Positions 1-6,543 of a DNA stretch of 44,936 nt are shown piece after piece. Positions within the stretch are counted from its first letter, which is position 1. Each line of letters starts with the position of its first letter. The stretch is from a virus. The notes beneath the pieces are model-generated. The model did not search any database, was not told the origin of the DNA, and saw only the letters and a list, made by a program, of their open reading frames with translations. A program made the translations under genes and the position numbers. Location of the stretch: positions 1 to 44,936 of IMG/VR virus record IMGVR_UViG_3300045988_042992. One strand, given 5' to 3'.

Positions 1-141
1 CAAGCAATCGTTCCCGAGTGCTTTTGCGCCGCCATATTGCCCTGTCACGGTCGCCGTGCCCCACGCTCCAGATGCGGCGGCGTTGCCCCTCATTCCAGAT
101 GCGGCGGCGTTGCCACTCTCCCCAGATGCGGCGGCGTTGCC
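1..141. repeat. Terminal overlap copy 1 (identical to 44796-44936)
   Basis: Read directly: caagcaatcgttcccgagtg...gatgcggcggcgttgcc occurs at both ends. This looks like a circular-contig overlap rather than a biological repeat. Confidence 0.9.
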
Positions 142-672
142 CCTCATTCCAGATGCGGCGGCGTTGCCACTCTCCCCAGATGCGGCGGCGTTGCCACTCT
201 CCCCAGATGCGGCGGCGTTGCCCCTCCATCCAGATGCGGCGGCGTTGCCCCTCCTTCCAGATGCGGCGGCGTTGCCACTCGCCCCAGATGCGGTGGCGTT
301 GCCCCTCTCCCCAGATGCGGCGGCGTTGCCACTCGCCCCAGGTGCATGATCTTCAGCGGATCCCTTGCACATTTCAAAGATGAACTGCGCCCCGGCCTTG
401 ATTACGCCATCCAGCCCGATTTCCGCGCCGATCTTGATTTTCTTGCCGCACACCTTGGAGTCATCGCTATTACGCTGCCCGTTGTCATCGATCTCTACCT
501 CGCAATAGCGGGAATCCGTTGGCGGATAGTATCGAAACGTGTCCAGCGGGTTTTCACATGCGTGGAATCCTTTCCAGCACAACAACGCTTCCGTCTCCTG
601 GTATTGCCGGCCGAGTTCATACTGGAATCCCCGGCATTTCAGGTCCTTGTCGAACCCCTTATATGTTTTCAT
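1..672 (-). CDS. Repeat protein, 5' part. N-terminal MKTYKGFDKDLKCRGFQYELGRQY...FHACENPLDTFRYYPP domain (resembles the family I recall as DUF7666), followed by GNAAASGxx nonapeptide repeats. The gene continues across the circular junction into 44619-44795.
   Basis: Hand translation of the minus strand from ATG at 672 is open to nt 1. The frame is continuous with ORF 44619..44888 after removing the 141-nt overlap, giving 849 nt / 282 aa in total. The start overlaps the upstream stop (ATGA). Confidence 0.8.
   Translation of the reverse strand, partial: MKTYKGFDKDLKCRGFQYELGRQYQETEALLCWKGFHACENPLDTFRYYPPTDSRYCEVEIDDNGQRNSDDSKVCGKKIKIGAEIGLDGVIKAGAQFIFEMCKGSAEDHAPGASGNAAASGERGNATASGASGNAAASGRRGNAAASGWRGNAAASGESGNAAASGESGNAAASGMRGNAAASGESGNAAASGMRGNAAASGAWGTATVTGQYGGAKALGNDCL
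69..338. repeat. Ten tandem 27-bp units (cagatgcggcggcgttgcc + 8 variable nt), in-frame inside the repeat-protein gene
   Basis: Units start at 69, 96, 123, 150, 177, 204, 231, 258, 285 and 312. The 27-bp period equals 9 codons (GNAAASGxx on the minus strand). Confidence 0.9.
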
Positions 673-872
673 CAGATTTCCGCCCTTTCCTCAAGCCACT
701 TGTCCACCAGTCGCTTGAAAATCATAAACACCCGGCTGCGGCCGGTCTCGACGCACACGCCGAACGGCAGTTTTTCAGCCTGAATCCCGTCGGAAAGCGT
801 CTCCTTGGAGATTTTGACGCCGTTTTCCCGCAGATACTTTGCGGCCTCGTCGATTGTCATAGTTTTTACCAT
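672..872 (-). CDS. Small HTH protein, excisionase/MerR-like DNA-binding domain (66 aa)
   Basis: Internal start MVKTMTIDEAAKYLRENGVKIS... is preceded by AAGGAGGAAAGT. The pattern matches short phage Xis-type HTH proteins. Confidence 0.65.
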   Translation of the reverse strand: MVKTMTIDEAAKYLRENGVKISKETLSDGIQAEKLPFGVCVETGRSRVFMIFKRLVDKWLEERAEI

Positions 873-882
873 ACTTTCCTCC

Positions 883-911
883 TTGCCATTGCTTCGCGGG
901 TGTGGTATAAT
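883..911 (+). promoter_or_regulatory. Sigma-A type promoter TTGCCA-17-TATAAT with extended -10 (TGg)
   Basis: TTGCCA at 883-888, 17-nt spacer, TATAAT at 906-911, TG at 902-903... upstream of the -10. Confidence 0.55.
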
Positions 912-917
912 ACCCGT

Positions 918-980
918 GAAGAATCCTTGCCAATGCTTCTTCGCCGCCCCGTCAGGTTGCCGCCTGGCGGGGCATTTTTT
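918..980 (+). ncRNA. Candidate ~60-nt antisense small RNA (promoter + terminator unit with no ORF)
   Basis: It lies between the consensus-like plus-strand promoter (883-911) and a strong plus-strand intrinsic terminator (946-980). It is antisense to the minus-strand early operon between the genes ending at 982 and starting at 872. Confidence 0.45.
946..980 (+). terminator. Rho-independent terminator (plus strand)
   Basis: GCCCCGtCAGG-ttgccg-CCTGgCGGGGC followed by ATTTTTTGTT. Confidence 0.7.
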
Positions 981-981
981 G

Positions 982-1176
982 TTATTGCGCACTTCCCGCC
1001 TCATTCCCAGGAAGAGACCCATCCGCAGTGAACTTGTCAATATCATCCTGGTCAATCCGGAACGTTGCGTGGGTTTTGCCGTAGTGCGCTTTCTGGGCGT
1101 TTTCGTCGCGCACAGCGTCCTCCAGCATCCTGCCAATCTTGACCTTTCCATCGTTCATCTGGCGGATAAACTCCAA
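982..1176 (-). CDS. Hypothetical early protein (64 aa, TTG start as in the ORF track)
   Basis: ORF track. It is co-oriented with and tightly packed into the early operon. The N-terminus is uncertain because the frame stays open upstream. Confidence 0.5.
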   Translation of the reverse strand: MEFIRQMNDGKVKIGRMLEDAVRDENAQKAHYGKTHATFRIDQDDIDKFTADGSLPGNEAGSAQ

Positions 1177-1229
1177 GATTTCCTTGGGCCTGCCGTTAAG
1201 GTGAATCTTCGTAGCGTTTCCTCCCTTCC

Positions 1230-1436
1230 TTACTTCTCGGACTTATCCCCACTTAGAAGCTCGTCCACGGACACATTAAAGTAGTCCGCCAACCGCTTCA
1301 CATTCCGGGGATGGGGCATTGTGCCGTTCTTCCAGTTGACGATAGACGTCTGATTCACGTCAATCTCCTTGGCAATCCGGTAGTTGGTCACTCCTAGCTC
1401 TGCCTGAATGCGAGCGAGGTTTTCCGCAAAACTCAA
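1230..1436 (-). CDS. XRE-family HTH regulator (Cro-like), first gene of the leftward early operon
   Basis: ...ARIQAELGVTNYRIAKEIDVNQTSIVNWKNG... is an HTH_3-type motif. A likely TTG start at 1436 is preceded by GGAAGGAGGG; the ORF-track ATG at 1478 has no SD. Confidence 0.75.
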   Translation of the reverse strand: MSFAENLARIQAELGVTNYRIAKEIDVNQTSIVNWKNGTMPHPRNVKRLADYFNVSVDELLSGDKSEK

Positions 1437-1462
1437 AATTTCCCTCCTTCCTATCCATTCTG

Positions 1463-1491
1463 TTGCTCTAATATCCATGGTGTGATAAAAT
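1463..1491 (+). promoter_or_regulatory. Promoter for the DUF4145-like moron (TTGCTC-17-TAAAAT, extended -10 TGa)
   Basis: Read directly from the sequence, 19 nt upstream of the ATG at 1510. Confidence 0.45.
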
Positions 1492-1509
1492 ACTTACGGG
1501 GGTGGTTTC

Positions 1510-2208
1510 ATGCCAACACGAAAAATCAATGCATTCAACGCGGATAACACCCAGGAGAGTACCGCCTGTGCTTACCGCGACGTTACAGAATGCCCGCTAT
1601 GTCACTACGCGCTGGAGCCGAAGACTCTCGGCGCATACTACGTTGCCGCAGAACGCAGCCACGTACACTCGGCTCTGTCCGTTTTGGAGTTTTGCCCTCG
1701 ATGCCGGTCGGTTTTTGTCGCGTGCTATCGTTCGGATGATAGCATGCGTACATCATCGACCGCAGATTTTGGGGAACCCATACTCTGCGCCCCGGCTCGT
1801 GCCGCCATTGAAAAAATCCCAGATGGGGTCCGTGGCATTTCACCGGACTTTGCTGAAACCTACACGCAGGCGCATGTCGCTGAGGCAACCGGACTTTCCT
1901 CAATCTGCGGCGTTGGGTACAGGAAAGCTCTTGAGTTTCTCGTGAAAGACTACCTTTGCAGCAAGGCCCCACAAGATGCCGAGCAGATAAAGAAAGAGTT
2001 CCTTGGAGCAAGTATCAAGCGAATACAGGACCACAGGCTCAAAGTGCTCGCGGAACGCGGTACATGGATTGGGAATGACGAAGCTCATTACGTCAAAAAG
2101 CACACCGATTTGGACCTTGAGCAGATGAAGCGTTTCATTAGGGCGATGCTAAACTACATTGAATCGGAACTCGCGTTTTCTGCGGCGGAAGAAATACTGC
2201 CCCGGTAA
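1510..2208 (+). CDS. Zinc-ribbon (CPLC...CPRC) protein with a C-terminal DUF4145-like domain; candidate prophage-encoded defence/exclusion moron
   Basis: The C-terminal half (GYRKALEFLVKDYL...LAERGTWIGNDEAHYVKK...MLNYIE) matches my memory of DUF4145 (R..GN..AH motif). It is oppositely oriented to the early operon and has its own promoter. Confidence 0.6.
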   Translation: MPTRKINAFNADNTQESTACAYRDVTECPLCHYALEPKTLGAYYVAAERSHVHSALSVLEFCPRCRSVFVACYRSDDSMRTSSTADFGEPILCAPARAAIEKIPDGVRGISPDFAETYTQAHVAEATGLSSICGVGYRKALEFLVKDYLCSKAPQDAEQIKKEFLGASIKRIQDHRLKVLAERGTWIGNDEAHYVKKHTDLDLEQMKRFIRAMLNYIESELAFSAAEEILPR

Positions 2209-2372
2209 GGGTCGCTTTGTGCAAGCAGTTTCCCGTCGAGGGACCAGTATTTTGCGACTTCCCTAACGGGGTCCCCCTCCACACCGCTGCCGACTGGCCC
2301 GATTGTTACAACCACCTGAATGACCTTTGCGGAAGTACAGCCGATCTGGCGGTCATGCGATTCTGCACTCAA
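2154..2372 (-). CDS. Hypothetical small protein (72 aa, TTG start)
   Basis: GGAGGTGAAAGT-TTG start. It sits downstream of the 65-aa HTH gene and overlaps the 3' end of the convergent 1510-2208 gene by 55 nt. Confidence 0.45.
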   Translation of the reverse strand: MSAESHDRQIGCTSAKVIQVVVTIGPVGSGVEGDPVREVAKYWSLDGKLLAQSDPYRGSISSAAENASSDSM

Positions 2373-2388
2373 ACTTTCACCTCCAATT

Positions 2389-2586
2389 TCATACTTTCCT
2401 CTTTTCCAGGACTGCGGCAAAAGCGTTCTCCATCCGCTCCTGAATGTTGGGCGGATTCCGGTGCCCATTAAGAATGAGGCTTACGTAAGCTTTCGTCACG
2501 CCCAGTTCCTCTGCCAGTTCGTCATAGGTGACGCGATTGCAATGCATCTTCCCGACCAACCGGCCAGTCCATTTCTCCGGCAACAT
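2389..2586 (-). CDS. Small HTH regulator (65 aa; Cro/Apl-like position)
   Basis: AGGAGGTGAT-ATG start at 2586. ...VTYDELAEELGVTKAYVSLILNG... is an HTH motif. Confidence 0.7.
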   Translation of the reverse strand: MLPEKWTGRLVGKMHCNRVTYDELAEELGVTKAYVSLILNGHRNPPNIQERMENAFAAVLEKRKV

Positions 2587-2606
2587 ATCACCTCCTAAAA
2601 ATGCAG

Positions 2607-2635
2607 TTGCAAATGTTAACACACTGTGCTATTAT
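2607..2635 (+). promoter_or_regulatory. Rightward promoter TTGCAA-17-TATTAT with extended -10 (TGc)
   Basis: TTGCAA at 2607-2612, exactly 17 nt, TATTAT at 2630-2635. It points at the 2810 repressor-like gene. Confidence 0.7.
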
Positions 2636-2721
2636 GTATTTGCGAGATAAATAATAGTTTGATGCACGGGCGGAATCCGCCGGGGCTTGGTCTTGTGTTA
2701 CTTTTTGCAACCTGTGTTCTA

Positions 2722-2750
2722 ATTATAGCGTTAACAAACGGAACTGTCAA
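2722..2750 (-). promoter_or_regulatory. Leftward perfect-consensus promoter TTGACA-17-TATAAT
   Basis: Minus-strand TTGACA (plus coordinates 2745-2750), 17-nt spacer, TATAAT (2722-2727). It points at the 2586 HTH gene. Confidence 0.75.
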
Positions 2751-2774
2751 GCCTAAAGTGATAACAAACGTAAC
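2732..2774. promoter_or_regulatory. Two direct 13-bp operator-like repeats TAACAAACG(G/T)AAC
   Basis: Copies at 2732-2744 and 2762-2774 match at 12/13 positions, are 30 bp apart centre to centre, and flank the -35 of the leftward promoter. Confidence 0.5.
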
Positions 2775-2809
2775 TTTTACAAAGTGCACAAAAACGGAGG
2801 ATATGTATT

Positions 2810-3172
2810 GTGGCATTTTACGAAAACTACGTGAAACTGTGCAATTTGGCGGGGAAATCTCCGTCGGCAGTTGCGGTTGAGCTAAAACTTGGTAAACCCT
2901 CTGTTACACGGTGGAAGCACGGGGCAGTTCCCAGGGACACCACCATTTTGAAGATAGCGGGCTACTTTGGTGTTTCAGTGGAAGAACTGACTCAAGACAC
3001 AAAAAAAGCGCCCACCCCAACAACGGAGAGTGAGCGCAGTAGGCAGATTGCCGCGCGTATCAGTGAGATTGTTTGTCAGCTGTATCCGGAGACACAGGAG
3101 AGCTGTTTGCAGTACTTTGAGAGCTTGCTTGCACTGCAAAACGCAGCGCAAGGTCGAGATATTCAGGCTTGA
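2810..3172 (+). CDS. XRE-family HTH regulator (120 aa), CI-like repressor candidate
   Basis: GTG start after GGAGG. ...LCNLAGKSPSAVAVELKLGKPSVTRWKHG... is an HTH_3 motif. It is the first gene of the rightward operon that ends with the integrase. Confidence 0.75.
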   Translation: MAFYENYVKLCNLAGKSPSAVAVELKLGKPSVTRWKHGAVPRDTTILKIAGYFGVSVEELTQDTKKAPTPTTESERSRQIAARISEIVCQLYPETQESCLQYFESLLALQNAAQGRDIQA

Positions 3173-3402
3173 GTTGGGACAGCACGTCCATTATCCTTTC
3201 CGTCAAGTAAGTTTGTTCCGACATAAGTAAATCCCCTTCCAAGTAAAAATGTTTTCACCTATTCCCCCAAATAGGACAAATATTGCATACCGCGTTGCCC
3301 TATAATAGGCAACAAAGGGATAGATCTTGGGTTATGTTGGCCCCGCCGCCCCCGCACCGGGCGGCAGGGCCGATATAGCAGATAGCCCATCAGGCTGTCA
3401 TC

Positions 3403-3411
3403 TGCTACAAT
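3403..3411 (+). promoter_or_regulatory. Possible extended -10 element TGCTACAAT
   Basis: Read directly; the -35 is weak. It lies upstream of the 3546 gene. Confidence 0.3.
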
Positions 3412-3545
3412 TTAAGCATAGCAGTGCTGCGAAACCCTGTCCACGCACAAGATGGGGAATTGCGCGGCCAATATAGGGCAAACAATCCCCGCGCATGAGA
3501 TTCTGTCCCGCCACAGGTGAAATATACTTTTGGAGGCGAATAACC

Positions 3546-4118
3546 ATGTCTGCGTTGCAGGAAATTGCGGGAAACATTGAGCAATACCCAAAAAGGATTC
3601 GCGAGGCAAAGGAAAAGAAACGGTACACCATCAACGACATTGTAGATCTGTCCGGCGTGTCAAAGTCCGCCGTGTCAAAGCTCTTGGACGGGTCACAAAT
3701 GGACCCGAAGCTCTACAACTCGGTTGCCATGTGCATGGTGCTGGATCTGTCGCTTGACGAGCTGTTCGGGTTGGACAAGCCTATAGATCACCCGGAATCT
3801 ATGCAGGCCAGGATACACCAACTGGAGCTGGAAAACGCGCATTTGTCCGGTAACGTAAAAAGGCTGGAAGAAGTAAACGCCATACAGAAGGACCAAATGC
3901 GCACTCGCAAACCGGTTATCTTCGTACTGATTGGTATGTGCGCCGTGCTGTCCATGTGCCTGGTGGCGTACTTGTTTATTGACTCGCAAATCACGGCTCA
4001 AGGGCTTATCCGCAACGGACAGCCTACCGCCGTGGCGTGGTTTGTTATTGCCGTAGCTGCCACTGCGGTGATAGCCTCATCGGTCATCATCTCTATGGCC
4101 CTGCGAAAAAAAGTATGA
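3546..4118 (+). CDS. Membrane-anchored XRE-type HTH protein (HTH + coiled coil + two predicted TM helices)
   Basis: GGAGG-8-ATG start at 3546. The HTH is YTINDIVDLSGVSKSAVSKLLDG. The C-terminal hydrophobic stretches are PVIFVLIGMCAVLSMCLVAYLFI and AVAWFVIAVAATAVIASSVIISMAL. Confidence 0.7.
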   Translation: MSALQEIAGNIEQYPKRIREAKEKKRYTINDIVDLSGVSKSAVSKLLDGSQMDPKLYNSVAMCMVLDLSLDELFGLDKPIDHPESMQARIHQLELENAHLSGNVKRLEEVNAIQKDQMRTRKPVIFVLIGMCAVLSMCLVAYLFIDSQITAQGLIRNGQPTAVAWFVIAVAATAVIASSVIISMALRKKV

Positions 4119-4170
4119 AAAAAGGCCGTCCCACATGGGGCGGCCATGTCACAATATAAAGGAGGATACA

Positions 4171-5253
4171 ATGAGCTGCGTTAAGTGCGGTGGAGTTTTG
4201 CCGGACGGTGCTCTGTTTTGCCCATCTTGCGGAAAGCGGCAATCCAAACAATCCCGCAGGGCCATCAAGAGGCCCAACGGATCCGGCACGGTCTATAAAC
4301 TGCAAGGCCGAAGGAGCCGCCCGTGGGTGGCGGCAAAAAGTAGGGTGATTATAGGATATTACCCCACGCGCAAAGACGCGCTGGAGGCTCTGGAACGCTT
4401 GGCGGGGAAGGATTTGACAGAGCGGTATAACATGACTTTCAGGGAAGTATTTGAAGCCTGGAAAGAGGAACACTATAAGGAAATAGGCCCCCGTGGGGTG
4501 GAGTCATATAACCGGGCTTTTGACGTGTTCCAGCCGCTCCACGATGCAAGATTCCGCAGTTTGCGGACAGCAGACTTTCAGTCGGTCATGGACAAATATG
4601 CGGATAAATCCCACAGCACATGCAGCAAGTACAAGCAGCTTGTTACGCAGATGTCCGCATGGGCTATCCGGGAAGAAATTGCAACAACAAGCTTTGCAAA
4701 ATTTATCCATCTGCCAGAAAACGTGAAAAAAGAAAAGGAAATCTTTTCCGATTCGGACATTGAGAAGCTGGAGAAAAACGGAAGCGACACCGCGAAAATT
4801 ATCTTGATGCTGATTTACACGGGCATGAGAATCGGAGAGCTTTTTGGTCTCCCGCTGGCCGACTATCACGAAACCTATGTCATCGGGGGAGAAAAGACCG
4901 CCGCCGGGCGCAACCGGGCCATCCCCATCAGGCCGGAGGGCCGGGCATACTTCGCATACTTTGCCGCCAGGGCAAAGGGTGCGCTCTTGCTGTCCGGCTA
5001 TACTGGCCAACAGGTACCGGCAAATTTCCGTCGACGGGATTACTACCCGTTGCTGGAAAAGCTCAAGATCGAGCGGAAAACTCCGCATGCCACCCGGCAC
5101 ACCTACGCCAGCTGGGCCAGAAGATCAGGCATGGCCACGGAGATTTTGCAAAAAATATTGGGTCACGCCGACTATTCCACAACGGCAAATATTTATGTCC
5201 ACACAGACATTCCGGAACTGATTGCAGCTGTAGACACGGCTGATGAAAAATAG
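4171..5253 (+). CDS. int: Tyrosine integrase with an N-terminal zinc ribbon
   Basis: AAAGGAGG-ATG start at 4171. N-terminus CVKCGG..CPSCG. Catalytic signature RIGEL ... HATRHTYAS ... LGHADYSTTANIYVH (R, HxxR, H, Y). Confidence 0.9.
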   Translation: MSCVKCGGVLPDGALFCPSCGKRQSKQSRRAIKRPNGSGTVYKLQGRRSRPWVAAKSRVIIGYYPTRKDALEALERLAGKDLTERYNMTFREVFEAWKEEHYKEIGPRGVESYNRAFDVFQPLHDARFRSLRTADFQSVMDKYADKSHSTCSKYKQLVTQMSAWAIREEIATTSFAKFIHLPENVKKEKEIFSDSDIEKLEKNGSDTAKIILMLIYTGMRIGELFGLPLADYHETYVIGGEKTAAGRNRAIPIRPEGRAYFAYFAARAKGALLLSGYTGQQVPANFRRRDYYPLLEKLKIERKTPHATRHTYASWARRSGMATEILQKILGHADYSTTANIYVHTDIPELIAAVDTADEK

Positions 5254-5256
5254 CAT

Positions 5257-5276
5257 GTTACTAACACGTTACTAAC
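5257..5276 (+). promoter_or_regulatory. attP arm-type sites, left pair (GTTACTAAC x2, 11-bp phasing)
   Basis: GTTACTAAC at 5257-5265 and 5268-5276. The same 9-mer pair occurs right of the core. Confidence 0.55.
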
Positions 5277-5326
5277 AAGAAAAAGCATGGTATTAAATGT
5301 TGGAACTTTTTGGCGGCAAAAGCAAA

Positions 5327-5364
5327 GAAAAACTCCCGATTTCATACGGAATCGGGAGTTTTTT
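5327..5364. terminator. Bidirectional intrinsic terminator
   Basis: An 11-bp perfect stem (AACTCCCGATT / AATCGGGAGTT) is flanked by an A-run and a T-run. It follows int on the plus strand and the tRNA fragment on the minus strand. Confidence 0.8.
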
Positions 5365-5408
5365 GGTGCGCGGTACAGGACTCGAACCTGTGACCCCATG
5401 CACGTCAA
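5364..5408 (-). other. attP core: 3' portion of a tRNA gene (anticodon-loop to CCA), possibly tRNA-Val(GAC)-derived
   Basis: The minus strand reads ttGACgtgcatggggtcACAGGTTCGAGTCCTGTaccgcgcACCA: T-arm, 3' acceptor strand and CCA. No matching 5' acceptor strand is present. The isotype guess is weak. Confidence 0.7.
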
Positions 5409-5519
5409 TTATAGCCCAATAGCAAACATTCGGTATTGTGCGGCATTATGCGGGATTTAACAGTGGTATGCGGATATTTTGGCGTGGGAAATTGCAAAAT
5501 CCCGTTATATCCCGCGTCA

Positions 5520-5539
5520 GTTACTAACTGGTTACTAAC
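5520..5539 (+). promoter_or_regulatory. attP arm-type sites, right pair (GTTACTAAC x2, 11-bp phasing)
   Basis: GTTACTAAC at 5520-5528 and 5531-5539, in the same orientation as the left pair. Confidence 0.55.
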
Positions 5540-5542
5540 AAA

Positions 5543-6019
5543 TTACACCGCCGCAATTCCGTGGTAGTAGGCAGACAGCTTTTCTTTCGGGCCTTTTGCG
5601 TCCTTGTCAAACAGGAATGCCTTGGCCATATCCGCAAAAAACTCAGGCTTGTTTACGCCATACTTTGCCGCCACGGAGCAGTAGTCCGAATACATCATAT
5701 TCATGGCTACGTTCCAGTCGTCCTCGGTGATGTGCGCAAACACGACACCTGCGTTGGCCGCGAGGGGGGCGGTCTGCTGAACAGTCCAATGCCCGCCGGT
5801 GGTGCCGTCATCATTTTCCATGTCGGTATTCCATGCTTTAGCATCCTCTTTGGAAAAATCAGCTGATCTACACATACATTTACCGAGTTTATTGACCTGT
5901 TCCCAGCACTCCGCCATTCCTCGGACGGCAGCAGCAGAGCGTTCGGACACAGGCAGTTCCATGTACGCAGACAGTTCCTTTTCCAATTTTCGCTTGTATT
6001 CTTTCAGGTTGTCCTTCAT
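5543..6019 (-). CDS. Hypothetical protein (158 aa), last gene of the post-lysis moron cluster
   Basis: ORF track; the composition is protein-like; no family recognised. Confidence 0.6.
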   Translation of the reverse strand: MKDNLKEYKRKLEKELSAYMELPVSERSAAAVRGMAECWEQVNKLGKCMCRSADFSKEDAKAWNTDMENDDGTTGGHWTVQQTAPLAANAGVVFAHITEDDWNVAMNMMYSDYCSVAAKYGVNKPEFFADMAKAFLFDKDAKGPKEKLSAYYHGIAAV

Positions 6020-6029
6020 GTTGCACCCC

Positions 6030-6428
6030 TTACAGCTTCTCGACGGTAACGGCCATGTTGTTTACAACTGCCGCAACGCCGCCCAGGACCAGGGACAGAA
6101 TAGAGCCCTCACACCCGCAGGCATTGCGGACGATGGCAGAAATGCCAATATTAACAGTGCCGTTTTCGGCGGCGGTCTGGGCCCCCGTCGCTCCGATAAT
6201 CGGAACGCCGTCCTTTTGCGCGGTGATAGACACGGTGCCAGCCGCTGAGGGAGACAAGGTGCCGGAGACGTTGACGAGGTAATACCCCTGCCCGCACAGT
6301 GTAATGGCATTGCCGTCCTGCTTGATGTTGCAGCCGTACCGGCGGGTAGTATTCCCAACAGGGATGATGCCGTCAACCGGGACGGTTGCGCCGGTGGTGT
6401 TGGTGGTATAGATTGCAGATTTACTCAT
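6030..6428 (-). CDS. Protein resembling a BclA C-terminal / C1q-TNF-like jelly-roll domain (132 aa)
   Basis: Start MSKSAIYTT... The beta-rich pattern ...GYYLVNVSGTLS...VSITAQKDGVPIIGATG...MAVTVEKL resembles exosporium BclA-CTD-type proteins (from memory). Confidence 0.5.
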   Translation of the reverse strand: MSKSAIYTTNTTGATVPVDGIIPVGNTTRRYGCNIKQDGNAITLCGQGYYLVNVSGTLSPSAAGTVSITAQKDGVPIIGATGAQTAAENGTVNIGISAIVRNACGCEGSILSLVLGGVAAVVNNMAVTVEKL

Positions 6429-6543
6429 AGAATCATTCCTTTCTAATCGGGCTGATTTTTGTCCATTCAAAAATAGCGGGGCGACTAATGCCGCCCCGCA
6501 TGCCTCGCCGGATAGGGCGTCACTTTATTCCGATTGCCGGAAA

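Noticed and set aside
1-141. Biological direct terminal repeat of the virion chromosome
   Set aside because: The overlap lies inside a coding tandem-repeat array and has the character of an assembler k-mer overlap. The SPP1-like portal and terminase suggest headful packaging rather than fixed terminal repeats.
69-338. Possible CRISPR array or noncoding minisatellite
   Set aside because: The units are contiguous with no spacers. The period is exactly 9 codons, and the array is in-frame inside a gene.
18-783. Plus- and minus-strand ORFs 18..383, 37..783, 56..349 and 144..377, with striking peptide repeats (QMRRRC..., RCGGVA..., PDAAALPL...)
   Set aside because: They are alternative-frame readings of the 27-bp repeat array. 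The minus-strand frame starting at ATG 672 has a proper domain N-terminal to the repeats, is translationally coupled to its neighbour, and continues in frame across the circular junction.
3060-3242. Minus-strand ORF of 60 aa overlapping the 3' end of the XRE repressor-like gene
   Set aside because: It is antisense to a well-supported gene over about 110 nt, has no SD, and has a low-complexity C-terminus. It is most likely spurious.
5364-5440. An intact tRNA gene next to the integrase
   Set aside because: Only the 3' part is present, from the anticodon-loop side to CCA. No 5' acceptor strand complementary to ACCGCGC exists upstream, so this is an attP core, not a functional gene.
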